64,000 bases of DNA from Pseudomonadota bacterium (GCA_018362935.1 JAHALQ010000001.1:18378-82377), one strand, 5' to 3'. Counted from the first letter of the stretch, positions 29,434 to 39,355 are shown. Numbers and translations are program-made. The notes: generated by a model not told the origin, from the letters alone.

Positions 29434-30062
29434 CGTTTGTCCGGGCTATGGCATAAATGGGATACCGGACAGTTGCAGCAATCCGGCTTCTGCGCCTTGC
29501 AAATATAGCGTCCGAACAACACCAGCCAATGGTTGAAATGTCGCTTGTACTCGTCCGGCAGAATTTTTTCCATATCGGCTTCAACGCTCAAAGGCGTACG
29601 CCCGTCACACATGTTCAGGCGTTCGGTCACGCGCAGCACATGCGTATCCACCGCGATTGTCGGCTCATTCCACCAGACGTTGAGCAGGACATTGGCCGTC
29701 TTGCGCCCGACCCCGGCCAGATTTTCCAAAGCCTCGCGGTCATGCGGCACTTCGCCGTTATATTTTTCAACCAGCGTCTGGCTCATTGCGATAATATTCT
29801 TGGCCTTGTTATTATACAAACCGATGGTTTTAATATGCTCCTTAAGTCCTTCCAGCCCGAGAGCCAGCATTTTCTGCGGCGTGTCGGCAATCTTAAACAG
29901 TTCTTTGGTTGCCTTGTTGACCCCTTTGTCGGTGCTTTGCGCCGACAGGATAATCGCCACCAGCAGGGTATAGGCATTAGTATATTCCAGCTCTGACGGC
30001 GGATTGGCATCTTTTTCCCTGAAAACGTCCAATATTTCCAAAACTTCTTTATGATTGCGCAT
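29430..30062 (-). CDS. nth: Endonuclease III.
   Basis: HhH-GPD with the C-terminal 4Fe-4S motif CKAQKPDCCNCPVSHLC. Confidence 0.9.
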   Translation of the reverse strand: MRNHKEVLEILDVFREKDANPPSELEYTNAYTLLVAIILSAQSTDKGVNKATKELFKIADTPQKMLALGLEGLKEHIKTIGLYNNKAKNIIAMSQTLVEKYNGEVPHDREALENLAGVGRKTANVLLNVWWNEPTIAVDTHVLRVTERLNMCDGRTPLSVEADMEKILPDEYKRHFNHWLVLFGRYICKAQKPDCCNCPVSHLCHSPDKR

Positions 30063-31138
30063 TATGCTTTTACTCCTCCCGCTCCGGCGGCTTTGGGCGC
30101 ATTCTCATCCAGAGGCCAGCGCGGCCGCGGTTTAAAATCCAAATTGTTATGCATGCCCTTGAGCGCGCGTTCCATTCCCGCCCAGGCAATCATCACGCCG
30201 TTGTCGGTACAGAACCTGATTGGCGGTGCCGAAAAAACCAGCCCTTCGGTTTCAGCCAGCTGTTTAAGCCTGCCGCGCAGATAGGTATTGGAAGCCACGC
30301 CGCCGGAAACCACCAGATCTTTGCCCTGCGGATATTTGGTACGAAACAGAACAATTGCCTTTTTGAGTTTGTACAGCAGATGGTCGGTCGCCGCTTTCTG
30401 AAAGCTGGCGCATATATCGGCGGTATCTTGTTTGCGCAAAATGGCATGCTCGATATTTCCGTCGGCCGAATAAGACTCAATAATCTTGCGCACGGCGGTT
30501 TTTAAGCCGGAAAAAGACAAATTGCAGTCATTTGAATTGAGCAGCGGCCGCGGCAGCACAAACCGGTTTTCATCGCCGAGATCAGCCATTTTTTCAATCA
30601 TCGGGCCGCCCGGATACCCCAGATTCAGCATTTTTGCAACTTTGTCAAAAGCCTCGCCGGCCGCGTCGTCAATCGTTGTGCCGAGCCGTTCGAATTCGCC
30701 GACGTTTTTGACAACCAAAATCTGGCAGTGCCCGCCCGAAACCAGCAGCAGCAAATACGGATATTCCACGTCGGAAGTCAGTCTTGCTGCCAAAGCATGC
30801 CCCTCAAGATGATTAACAGCAATAAACGGCTTGTCCAATGCCAGACTCAAAGCCTTGGCCGCCATAACGCCGATAACCACGCCGCCGATTAATCCGGGGC
30901 CGGAAGCCGCCGCCACCGCGTCAATATCCTGCGGTTTTATCCCGGCTTTTTTAAATGTTTCTTCCAAAATGTCTTCAATATGGTCAAGATGCGCCCGCGC
31001 CGCAATTTCCGGCACAACGCCGCCGTATGTTTTATGCTCAAGCTGCGTCAGCACGCATTCGCCCAAAATCTCGCGTTTATCATTAACAATGGCGGCCGCG
31101 GTTTCGTCACAGCTGCTTTCAATTCCCAAAACAATCAT
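30062..31138 (-). CDS. tsaD: tRNA N6-adenosine threonylcarbamoyltransferase TsaD.
   Basis: Kae1/Gcp family. N-terminus GIESSCDETAAAIV and the HxxGH metal-binding motif. Confidence 0.9.
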   Translation of the reverse strand: MIVLGIESSCDETAAAIVNDKREILGECVLTQLEHKTYGGVVPEIAARAHLDHIEDILEETFKKAGIKPQDIDAVAAASGPGLIGGVVIGVMAAKALSLALDKPFIAVNHLEGHALAARLTSDVEYPYLLLLVSGGHCQILVVKNVGEFERLGTTIDDAAGEAFDKVAKMLNLGYPGGPMIEKMADLGDENRFVLPRPLLNSNDCNLSFSGLKTAVRKIIESYSADGNIEHAILRKQDTADICASFQKAATDHLLYKLKKAIVLFRTKYPQGKDLVVSGGVASNTYLRGRLKQLAETEGLVFSAPPIRFCTDNGVMIAWAGMERALKGMHNNLDFKPRPRWPLDENAPKAAGAGGVKA

Positions 31139-31249
31139 TTAAAAACCTTTCAACTGCATATGTCGTACTTCTTTATTGCAGTTTTTTGATTATTATATAC
31201 ACTATAAAAAGTTTAATGCCAAGAATTTACTTACATAAGGAAATTAAAA

Positions 31250-32260
31250 ATGGTTAAGCAAAAAGCAGAGCAAACGGCGGTTCAAATTCCGGTTGAAATT
31301 CCTGAAAAAGCGGTTCGGCCGTCCGGCTTCGGCAAATATGCCCTGCGCCTTATCCTGCTGGCCGCCGTCTGCGGCGCCGGATACGCATTGTGGAAAAACC
31401 CGCAGCTGACAGACCGGGCGCGCAGCTGGCTCGCGCCGGCCGAACAGGCTGACCCTTACGCCGCGCGTTTCGCGGATTTGCAAAACCAGATTGCCGCTTT
31501 GCAAAATCAACTTAACCAAACCAATTACAAATTGGACAACTCAGGTTTTGCTGAAATCAAAGAACAGGTGCGCAGCCTCGAAAAAATGAACCTCAACATG
31601 ATTGACTCCAAAGCTGATGTTGCCGCTGTTCTCGGCGTTGTCACCCGCATGGACGCCGCCGAACATAAAATTAACCGCCTCAGCGAAGTCACCGACACCA
31701 GCGCCCTGATTTTGACCGGAACACTGCTGGTAAAAGACGCGGCCGACCGCGGACAAACTTTTGAGTATGAAGCCGAAGTTTTGAGCCAAATCGCCGCAGG
31801 CTCCCCGCAAGCCGCCGCGCAGGCGCAGAAAATAAGCGCTTTTGCCGCTGACGGCATCCCCTCGGACTTGGCCTTGTCTTTGCAATTTGACCGCATTTAT
31901 GCCAAATTGCTGCACCAGCGCAATCTTGACTCTGAGCAAAGCCAAACCTGGAAAGACCGCATTAACAGCAAATTGAACGAAATTGTCCAGATTAAAAAAA
32001 CGGATGAAGCAACTCCCGAATATGAAGCCGGCAGCCTGCTTGAAGATGCGGCTTTCTTGGTCAGAAACGATGATTTGCTGCGCGCCGCCAATCTTCTAAA
32101 AAAAGCAAATAATCCTGAAATTTCTGCCTCTGCCGATTTGCAGGAATGGATTGCCAAAGTTGAGCAGCGCGAAGAATTTTACCGCGCCGTATCCGCTCTC
32201 TCGGCAGATTCTCTGGCTGCGCTGAAAGTGAATAATCTTAAAAAAGTCCGCGGAAAATAA
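31250..32260 (+). CDS. Membrane-anchored coiled-coil protein of unknown function.
   Basis: One N-terminal TM helix (LRLILLAAVCGAGYALW) and a Q/L-rich coiled coil. Transcribed divergently from tsaD. Confidence 0.5.
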   Translation: MVKQKAEQTAVQIPVEIPEKAVRPSGFGKYALRLILLAAVCGAGYALWKNPQLTDRARSWLAPAEQADPYAARFADLQNQIAALQNQLNQTNYKLDNSGFAEIKEQVRSLEKMNLNMIDSKADVAAVLGVVTRMDAAEHKINRLSEVTDTSALILTGTLLVKDAADRGQTFEYEAEVLSQIAAGSPQAAAQAQKISAFAADGIPSDLALSLQFDRIYAKLLHQRNLDSEQSQTWKDRINSKLNEIVQIKKTDEATPEYEAGSLLEDAAFLVRNDDLLRAANLLKKANNPEISASADLQEWIAKVEQREEFYRAVSALSADSLAALKVNNLKKVRGK

Positions 32261-32261
32261 A

Positions 32262-33077
32262 TTAAAGCGTGATTTTTACCGAGCAGATTTGGTTTTTCTT
32301 GCGCTTGAGAATTTCAAAATGAAACCCTTCAAACATGAATTTCTGCCCTTCGGAAGGGATTGACTGGGTCATGTCAAGAAGATAGCCGGCGATTGTCGCC
32401 GCATTGTCATCACAGATATCCCAGCCGAATTTGCGATTCAAGTCGCGTATCGGCACCTGCCCATCGACAATAAAGGTGTTGTCGTCAACTTTGCGGATTC
32501 CCATAATATCCAGATTGGAAACATCGCTTTCATCGTTGATGTCGCCGACAATTTCTTCCAATATGTCTTCCAAGGTAACAATACCTTGCAAAACGCCGTA
32601 TTCGTCAACCACAATGGCAAAATGCTCCCGCCGCGCGCGGAACAGCTGCAATTGCTGCTTGAGCGTCGTGTTGTCGGGAATAAACCACGGTTCGGTCATT
32701 ATCTTGCGAATGTCAACCTGGCTGTAATCGCCTTTGCGGTCGATAATTTCCTTAAACAAAGTCTTTATGCGGATAACGCCGACAATATTTTCCGGCTTGT
32801 CCTGATACAGCGGAATTCTCGAAAATGGACAGTTCTCAACTTTTTCAAGAATATTTTCCACCGGCAGGTCAATATCGACGGAAAACAGGTTCTTGCGATG
32901 ATTCATTACGTCATAGACGGTAATTTCCGATAAATCGAGAATGCCCTCAAGCATGACTTTCTCCTGATAGGCATTCGCTTCGCCACAGTTATTGATAGCG
33001 CCGCGGAAAGCGTCTTCAAAAGAAACCGGCTCTTTATTGTCCTGATGGTTGAAAACTTTTTTCAACAAAGAAATCAT
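32262..33077 (-). CDS. CBS-pair plus CorC/HlyC transporter-associated domain protein (CorC/TlyC-like).
   Basis: Two CBS motifs and a C-terminal CorC_HlyC domain. Paralog of 40839..41726. Confidence 0.7.
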   Translation of the reverse strand: MISLLKKVFNHQDNKEPVSFEDAFRGAINNCGEANAYQEKVMLEGILDLSEITVYDVMNHRKNLFSVDIDLPVENILEKVENCPFSRIPLYQDKPENIVGVIRIKTLFKEIIDRKGDYSQVDIRKIMTEPWFIPDNTTLKQQLQLFRARREHFAIVVDEYGVLQGIVTLEDILEEIVGDINDESDVSNLDIMGIRKVDDNTFIVDGQVPIRDLNRKFGWDICDDNAATIAGYLLDMTQSIPSEGQKFMFEGFHFEILKRKKNQICSVKITL

Positions 33078-33622
33078 GCGGATTTTCCTTTGGCCACAAA
33101 ATTTTCAATTGCCTCAATAACCCGGTTTACCGTAATTCCGACTTGTTCTTCTTTGGTTTGTACCACAATATCGGCTTCTGAATAAAACGGATACTCTTCT
33201 GATATATATTTTTCGAGTTTGTCTTTCAATTCATCATCCGACCCGCGCAGAAAAGGCCTGTGTTTCCGACCGGCGGTGCGGCTGTATAAAACGTCCAAAT
33301 CAGCTTTAAGCCAGACTGTAATTGCATTTTTTTTGGCATATTCCCTCGTCTGCGGCGCCACGAAAGACCCGCCCCCCGATGCCAGCACGCAAGGGGCTCC
33401 TTCCAGCAGGCGCTTCATGACCCGCGCTTCGCCGGCGCGGTATTCCTGCAATCCGAAGCATTTGAGAATATCAACCAAAGACAGCCCGGCCGCTTTCTCG
33501 ACCTCGCGGTCGCCGTCGACAAAAGGCAGATTCAGCTTTTGCGACAGACGCTTTCCGACACTGGTCTTGCCGCTGCCCATCAATCCGACCAAAAGAATTA
33601 TTTTGCCATTAAGATTTATCAT
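33074..33622 (-). CDS. aroK: Shikimate kinase.
   Basis: GLMGSGKTS Walker A. 182 aa. No aroB follows it. Confidence 0.85.
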   Translation of the reverse strand: MINLNGKIILLVGLMGSGKTSVGKRLSQKLNLPFVDGDREVEKAAGLSLVDILKCFGLQEYRAGEARVMKRLLEGAPCVLASGGGSFVAPQTREYAKKNAITVWLKADLDVLYSRTAGRKHRPFLRGSDDELKDKLEKYISEEYPFYSEADIVVQTKEEQVGITVNRVIEAIENFVAKGKSA

Positions 33623-33722
33623 TTTCGCTTTATTTTAATTAATCTTTCAAACTTCTTGTGCTAACTATATAAACAAAGCCTCTTGATATCAATATGTTTT
33701 TTATAAAAAAGGAGAACCTCTC

Positions 33723-33857
33723 ATGCGTCAGAAAAAGTCAAATCTCATCTACTACATTCTCGGTGCCGTTTTGTTTGCCGCGGTGGTATTTGCCGTCGTC
33801 CATGAGGTTCCCATGCAGGTTGAGCATGTCGAAACCGAAATTCCCGCCGCACGGTAA
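33723..33857 (+). CDS. Unannotated 44-aa small membrane protein, translationally coupled to xerD.
   Basis: AAGGAG Shine-Dalgarno 7 nt upstream of the ATG. Single TM helix LIYYILGAVLFAAVVFAVV. Its stop TAATG overlaps the xerD start. Below the 60-aa cutoff of the ORF track. Confidence 0.4.
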   Translation: MRQKKSNLIYYILGAVLFAAVVFAVVHEVPMQVEHVETEIPAAR

Positions 33858-34747
33858 TGATAGGCCTGATTGATGATTTCCTGGATATGATGCGCGCCGA
33901 AATCGGCGCGACGGAAAATACCGTTAATTCCTATCGGCGCGATTTGCAACAATTTTCTGAAAACAGCCCAAAGCCGGTTGAACAGATAACCGCCGAAGAT
34001 ATTGCTTTATATGTTCAGAAATTGAATAAGCAATACGCCGCCAAATCGGTTGCCCGCAAAATTTCCGTGCTTCGGGATTTTTTCAAATTTTTGTATTCCG
34101 AAAAAGAAATCAGCTCCAATCCGACAGCTAATATCACGGCGCCTAAACAGGAAAAACCGCTGCCCAAATTTCTGACCCCCGAAGAAGTCCGGGCGCTTAT
34201 GGACGCGGCACAAAGCCAAAACGGCATTGCTTTTCAGCGCATGGCTGTCATGCTGGAGCTGATGTATGCCTGCGGGCTGCGCGTTTCAGAACTCGTATCC
34301 CTGCCTGAAAACTGCATTAATTTTGACAAGCGGCAAATTCTGGTTCGCGGCAAAGGAAACAAAGAACGCCTGATTCCGATAGCAGACAAAGCCGCAAAAA
34401 TGATTCTGGATTATTTTGAGCTGCGCCGTGAATTTATCCGCGGCCGCAAATCCGTCTGGCTGTTTCCGTCCAAGCTGTCCGCTGCCGGACATATCACCCG
34501 CGGCGCGTTTTTCAAAAACCTCAAGGAAGTCGCCGTTCTTGCCGGTATCTCGCCGCAACGTGTTTCGCCCCATGTTTTGCGCCATTCTTTTGCGACTCAC
34601 CTGCTGCATAACGGCGCCGATTTGCGCTCCGTCCAGAAAATGCTCGGACACGCCGACATTGCAACCACCGAAATTTATACCCATATCATGAGCAGCGAAC
34701 TTCTTGACGAAGTCCGCGCCAAACATCCGCTCAGCCGGTTGAAATAA
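33857..34747 (+). CDS. xerD: Tyrosine recombinase XerD/XerC.
   Basis: N-terminal SAM-like domain, plus catalytic R...HxxR...Y (LRHSFATHLL ... TEIYTH). Confidence 0.85.
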   Translation: MIGLIDDFLDMMRAEIGATENTVNSYRRDLQQFSENSPKPVEQITAEDIALYVQKLNKQYAAKSVARKISVLRDFFKFLYSEKEISSNPTANITAPKQEKPLPKFLTPEEVRALMDAAQSQNGIAFQRMAVMLELMYACGLRVSELVSLPENCINFDKRQILVRGKGNKERLIPIADKAAKMILDYFELRREFIRGRKSVWLFPSKLSAAGHITRGAFFKNLKEVAVLAGISPQRVSPHVLRHSFATHLLHNGADLRSVQKMLGHADIATTEIYTHIMSSELLDEVRAKHPLSRLK

Positions 34748-34750
34748 AAA

Positions 34751-35656
34751 TCAGTGATGGCGGCAGCCGCAGCCGTCCCCGCCGCAATTACAGTTACGCC
34801 CGTGCCCCTGCGCCTGCTGTTTTTTATAAGCTTCATAAGTATTTTCCAAAAGCATGGCCACAGTCATCGGGCCGACCCCGCCGGGCACCGGCGTAATATG
34901 CGAGGCTTTTTCGCAGACCTCGTCAAAATCCACGTCGCCGCACAATTTGCCGTCAATCCGGTTTATGCCGACGTCAATAACCACGGCGCCTTCTTTAACC
35001 CAGTCTTTTTTAACCAGTTTGGCACAGCCGCAGGCCGCAACCACAATATCGCCCTGCCGGACAATTTCAGGCAGGTTTTCCGTTCTGGAATGGGTAATGC
35101 TGACCGTACAGTCATGATTAAGCAGCAGCATCGAAACCGGACGCCCGACAATATTGGAACGGCCGATAACAACGGCATGCTTTCCCGCCAGCTCAATTCC
35201 CGTGCTTTCCAGCAGCTTCAAGATTCCGCGCGGCGTTGCCGAAACAATTGCTTCCGGCTCGCGGCAGGCCAACAGTCCGGCATTATACGGATTAAACCCG
35301 TCAACGTCTTTTTCAGGACGGATTTTAGACAGGATATGCAGCGGATTAATATGTTCCGGCAGCGGAAGTTGAACGATTATGCCGTTGACATGCGGATTCT
35401 CGTTAAGTTCGCCGATGACTTCCAACAGCGCATGCTCACCGATTGTGTCTGAAAATTCCATAATTTCGCAGCCGATTCCGACTTCCGCGGCCGCTTTCTT
35501 TTTGTTGCGGACATATATCCGGCTTGCCTCGTTTTCACCGACCAGCACCACCGCCAGAACCGGCATGTCTTCGCCGTCGTCAGAGGCAATCCGTTGCGCC
35601 AGTTCCTCACGGATTTTGGCCGCGGTTGTTTTTCCGTCGATTATTTTTGCTGTCAT
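34751..35656 (-). CDS. folD: Bifunctional methylenetetrahydrofolate dehydrogenase/cyclohydrolase FolD, carrying a Cys/His-rich C-terminal tail.
   Basis: Canonical FolD throughout. The extra C-terminus is GHGRNCNCGGDGCGCRHH. Confidence 0.9.
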   Translation of the reverse strand: MTAKIIDGKTTAAKIREELAQRIASDDGEDMPVLAVVLVGENEASRIYVRNKKKAAAEVGIGCEIMEFSDTIGEHALLEVIGELNENPHVNGIIVQLPLPEHINPLHILSKIRPEKDVDGFNPYNAGLLACREPEAIVSATPRGILKLLESTGIELAGKHAVVIGRSNIVGRPVSMLLLNHDCTVSITHSRTENLPEIVRQGDIVVAACGCAKLVKKDWVKEGAVVIDVGINRIDGKLCGDVDFDEVCEKASHITPVPGGVGPMTVAMLLENTYEAYKKQQAQGHGRNCNCGGDGCGCRHH

Positions 35657-35974
35657 TCAGGCCTCCTCTGTCCAGCGGCTGATTTGCGCTGCCGCATTTT
35701 CACTGTCTGTTCTTACCAAAATTTTTTTATAGCGGTCAAGCTCGCCGCTGATAATCTCAAATTCATTTTTTGCCATTTTCAGCGATTTCGCCAGATAAGC
35801 AATCAGTTCTTTGTTGGCTTTGCCTTTTTCCGGCACGCTGATAACATTGATTTTCAGATATTCCTCGCCTTCGGGCGTGACAAAAAAGCCGTTTTTCCGG
35901 CACGACGAAGAGTTCGGCGCCAGCCTCACTCTCAAAATGATACCGCGGCTGCTTTTCTCCCAGACCCGATGCAA
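35657..35974 (-). CDS. DUF167 (YggU-like) protein.
   Basis: 105 aa. Adjacent to yggT, as in many bacteria. Confidence 0.55.
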   Translation of the reverse strand: MHRVWEKSSRGIILRVRLAPNSSSCRKNGFFVTPEGEEYLKINVISVPEKGKANKELIAYLAKSLKMAKNEFEIISGELDRYKKILVRTDSENAAAQISRWTEEA

Positions 35975-35975
35975 T

Positions 35976-36290
35976 TTACACCAGCATGGCGCTGAGGCGC
36001 AAAATCAGGCGGCTTACCAGAATTAATCCCAAAATCAGGATGAACGGAGAAAAATCAACGCCTGAAAAAGGAGGAATTTTTTCAGAGATTTTCTTATAAA
36101 CCGGGATTGTCAGCTTATCAAGAATTTCAACGGTTTTCTGGGTATATTTATTGGATGCTTCCAGAATTTTAAAATGAATCAGCCACGACAAAACAACCTG
36201 AACGACAACCACTTTAAAATAAATATCAACCAATAACCCTAAAACATAGACAAAAGGCTCAAGCAAAGCGCCCATTAAAAATCTCCTCAC
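35976..36290 (-). CDS. yggT: YggT family membrane protein.
   Basis: 104 aa, two TM helices, typical YggT pattern. Confidence 0.6.
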   Translation of the reverse strand: MRRFLMGALLEPFVYVLGLLVDIYFKVVVVQVVLSWLIHFKILEASNKYTQKTVEILDKLTIPVYKKISEKIPPFSGVDFSPFILILGLILVSRLILRLSAMLV

Positions 36291-36350
36291 AATAAAACAT
36301 CTACCGATTTTGATATCTCAATCGGCGGCGTCTGTCAATACGCAAAACTT

Positions 36351-37388
36351 TTATGCCGACTGGCGGCTGTTTTCATACAGGCGGCGGTAGTCAGCCATTC
36401 TGAAACCGTTAAGGCTGCGCGTCTTCGGCAGCATTTCGGCAGCAGCCGCTTCTTTCTCGACTTCCTCTTTGGATTTGCCCATTCGCATAGCCATAAGCAC
36501 AACCGCTGTTTTACGGCCGTTCTCACGAACAGAAACAATTTTATTTTCGGCGGCTTCACGAGTTTCGGTAACCGGACGGAAACGGACGAATTCCTCGCCG
36601 ATTCCCTGTTCAAACTCACGGGAATCGATACCGGACTTAATCCGCAGATACCGGTTGGTCATCGATTCGTGGGCAAGCACCATTGCGCCGGCGGTGAGTA
36701 CCCGCGCTTGCTTCTGCTCCTGAATGCGGTCCAGTTCTTCCCGGCTGTCCGCCCGGTCTTTGGTCGCCTGCATCTTTACGCGCAGGCGCCGCAATTCGCT
36801 GAGTTTAAAGTTCATAAAGGCCAGCCTTTCCAGAGCCTGCTCTTTGAGCGGCCCGTTGCCGTAGACCGCGGCACCGGCATACAACGCGATAATCCGCCGC
36901 ATTTCGGTTTCGCGATCGCCCAGAAAATCAATAAAGCCGTTGCGGGCATTGACTTCTTCCTGCGTGGTTCCGTCGGAATTAATTTCGTTTTCAATTTTCT
37001 GCTGCGCTTCCACCCAGTCATAATACTCGGCGCGCGGATCTTCCCCGGCGTCAATTTTTTGCAGGGATTCGGCAATCAGAAAATCCAGTTCGAAAGTATT
37101 GATTTCCACGCCTTTGATTTTGGCAACCTGTTTAATCTCCTCAAGTTTTTCGGCAGCTCCATAGGCATTGGCAACCTTATTAAGCTTTTGCTGGGCAATA
37201 AACCTGTCGGCTTCTTGCTTAAGGGTCTGCTTGTCAACACCGGCCAGAGTCGAGCGGGCATAATTCATTCTCTGCCGTTGCTCGGGGGTCTGCCCCATAG
37301 TATAATGCAGATCGGCAAACAAGTCTTCCGAATGCTGCCGGTATTCTTCTTTCCAATCGGCGTAATCTTCTAAACGTGTATCGGGCAT
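36351..37388 (-). CDS. Hypothetical coiled-coil protein.
   Basis: 345 aa, charged and helical, no recognisable motif. Operonic with the TerB-like gene (21-nt gap). Confidence 0.5.
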   Translation of the reverse strand: MPDTRLEDYADWKEEYRQHSEDLFADLHYTMGQTPEQRQRMNYARSTLAGVDKQTLKQEADRFIAQQKLNKVANAYGAAEKLEEIKQVAKIKGVEINTFELDFLIAESLQKIDAGEDPRAEYYDWVEAQQKIENEINSDGTTQEEVNARNGFIDFLGDRETEMRRIIALYAGAAVYGNGPLKEQALERLAFMNFKLSELRRLRVKMQATKDRADSREELDRIQEQKQARVLTAGAMVLAHESMTNRYLRIKSGIDSREFEQGIGEEFVRFRPVTETREAAENKIVSVRENGRKTAVVLMAMRMGKSKEEVEKEAAAAEMLPKTRSLNGFRMADYRRLYENSRQSA

Positions 37389-37409
37389 TCTGATGCTCCT
37401 CTTATAAGG

Positions 37410-37856
37410 TTAAACCTTTTCAAAAATAATCTTGCCTTCTTCGAGCCAGACAATCCGGTCAATGACCCATTGGCTGATTTGTTCGATTTTTTCAAGCTCC
37501 AGCCCCATCGACTCTCCGACCCGGCCGATAAGCAGCACTTCCTTGTCGGACAAATCGCCGTCGGAATTGGCGAGCAGGCACATTTCCTTAATCAGCATCA
37601 TGGCTTTCTTGCGGTCTTTAATCAATTTGACCGCGTCGACAATCTCGTCGTCACTCGCTTTGGCCCTGATTTCGTCATATCTGTTTTCCGGCACGCCGAG
37701 CGCCAGAGCCATTTCGCGGATAAAAAGCTTTTCTTCGTCGTCAAATTCCCCGTCAGACATAGCCAGTCTGGCAAGTGTTTTAAGAAAAACCACGCGTTCG
37801 TCTTCCGTCATTGATGCTAAATACCCCATATCGTTCTCCATATTAAAATTTGACAT
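37410..37856 (-). CDS. TerB-like (tellurite-resistance TerB domain) protein.
   Basis: 148 aa. Duplicated acidic helical motif (DEEKLFIREMALALGVPENRYDEI and DKEVLLIGRVGESMGLE) typical of the TerB fold. Confidence 0.5.
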   Translation of the reverse strand: MSNFNMENDMGYLASMTEDERVVFLKTLARLAMSDGEFDDEEKLFIREMALALGVPENRYDEIRAKASDDEIVDAVKLIKDRKKAMMLIKEMCLLANSDGDLSDKEVLLIGRVGESMGLELEKIEQISQWVIDRIVWLEEGKIIFEKV

Positions 37857-38018
37857 TGCCTGCTTCCTCTCCTCATAATTAATCTGCTTCTATATTATCA
37901 AAAATTAATAACATTTCAATCAAAAAGCAAAATTTGGGCTTCTCTGCAAAAAGCAATTGAAATTATACCGCGCTTGACATAAGATACACGCAGATTAAAT
38001 AACAAATACGGAAGTAAA

Positions 38019-39353
38019 TTGAAGAAATACTACATCAAGACTTTTGGCTGCCAGATGAATGTTTATGATTCTCACCGCATTGCCTCAATTCTGCAACATC
38101 TCGGCTTTACGGAAGCAGCTTCTCTCAAAAACGCCGATTTAGTCATTCTCAACACCTGTCATATCCGCGAAAAAGCCGCCGAGAAGGTTTTTTCCGATTT
38201 GGGCCGCATTGAAATGGTTAAACAGGAGCGCGCCGCAGAAGGGCTATCGACGGTCATCGGCGTGGTCGGCTGCGTCGTGCAGGCCGAGGACGAACAGATT
38301 GCCAAACGCGCGCCGTATGTTGACTTTGCCTTAGGCCCGCTGACCTATCACCGTCTGCCTGAAATTTTGGCCAAAATCGGCCGCGCTAAGGGTGAAACGA
38401 TTATTGATACCGAATTTCCGGCCGAATCCAAATTCGACTTTCTGCCCGAAAACAAGTCTGCCGGCGGTTGTTCTTTTCTGGCTATTCAGGAAGGCTGCAA
38501 CAATTTCTGCACCTACTGCGTCGTTCCTTACACCCGCGGCATTGAAACTTCGCGCCCGGTTGAAGATATCCTGCGCGAAGCCCGCAATTTGGTTGCCCAG
38601 GGCACCGTTGAACTCAACCTTCTCGGACAAAACGTCAATTCATATCACGGCGAAGACGCCGCCGGCAGAGAGCGGCCGCTGGCCTACCTGTTAAATAAAA
38701 TTAACGAAATTGACGGCTTGCAGCGTATTCGCTACACAACTTCATATCCGGCAGACGTTACCGATGAGTTGGTTGACTGCCACAAAAACATCAAAAAGCT
38801 GATGCCTTACCTGCACCTTCCGGTACAATCCGGTTCCGACAAAATCCTCAAGGCGATGAACCGCCGCCATACCGCCGGACAATATCTTGAAGTTATCGCC
38901 AAACTGCGCGAAGCCAATCCCGATTTGCGCTTTTCGTCTGATTTTATCGTCGGTTTCCCCGGTGAAACGGATGACGATTTTCAGGCAACGCTGAATCTTG
39001 TCAATCAGGTGAAGTTCATTCAGGCCTTTTCCTTTAAATATTCGCGCCGTGCCGGCACCCCTGCCGCCCTGATGCCTGACCAGGTTGAAGAAAAAGTCAA
39101 AAAACAGCGCTTGGATATCCTTCAGGATTTATTATTTTCTTATCAATTAAACTTTAATAAAGAAACTGTTGGTAAAATAGTGCCGGTATTATTTGAAAAC
39201 CGGGGACGCCATGCCGGACAGCTGGTCGGCCGCACGCCGTATATGCAGAATCTGCATGCCGAACTCGGAAAAGAATATTTAAACAAAATCGTCAACATCA
39301 AAGTCACCGAAGCAACCACCAATTCGCTCTCCGGTCAAAAAGAAGGAAATTAA
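38019..39353 (+). CDS. miaB: tRNA-i6A37 methylthiotransferase MiaB.
   Basis: UPF0004 N-domain (KTFGCQMNVYDS), radical-SAM CNNFCTYC, and a TRAM domain. TTG start. Confidence 0.9.
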   Translation: MKKYYIKTFGCQMNVYDSHRIASILQHLGFTEAASLKNADLVILNTCHIREKAAEKVFSDLGRIEMVKQERAAEGLSTVIGVVGCVVQAEDEQIAKRAPYVDFALGPLTYHRLPEILAKIGRAKGETIIDTEFPAESKFDFLPENKSAGGCSFLAIQEGCNNFCTYCVVPYTRGIETSRPVEDILREARNLVAQGTVELNLLGQNVNSYHGEDAAGRERPLAYLLNKINEIDGLQRIRYTTSYPADVTDELVDCHKNIKKLMPYLHLPVQSGSDKILKAMNRRHTAGQYLEVIAKLREANPDLRFSSDFIVGFPGETDDDFQATLNLVNQVKFIQAFSFKYSRRAGTPAALMPDQVEEKVKKQRLDILQDLLFSYQLNFNKETVGKIVPVLFENRGRHAGQLVGRTPYMQNLHAELGKEYLNKIVNIKVTEATTNSLSGQKEGN

Positions 39354-39355
39354 AT

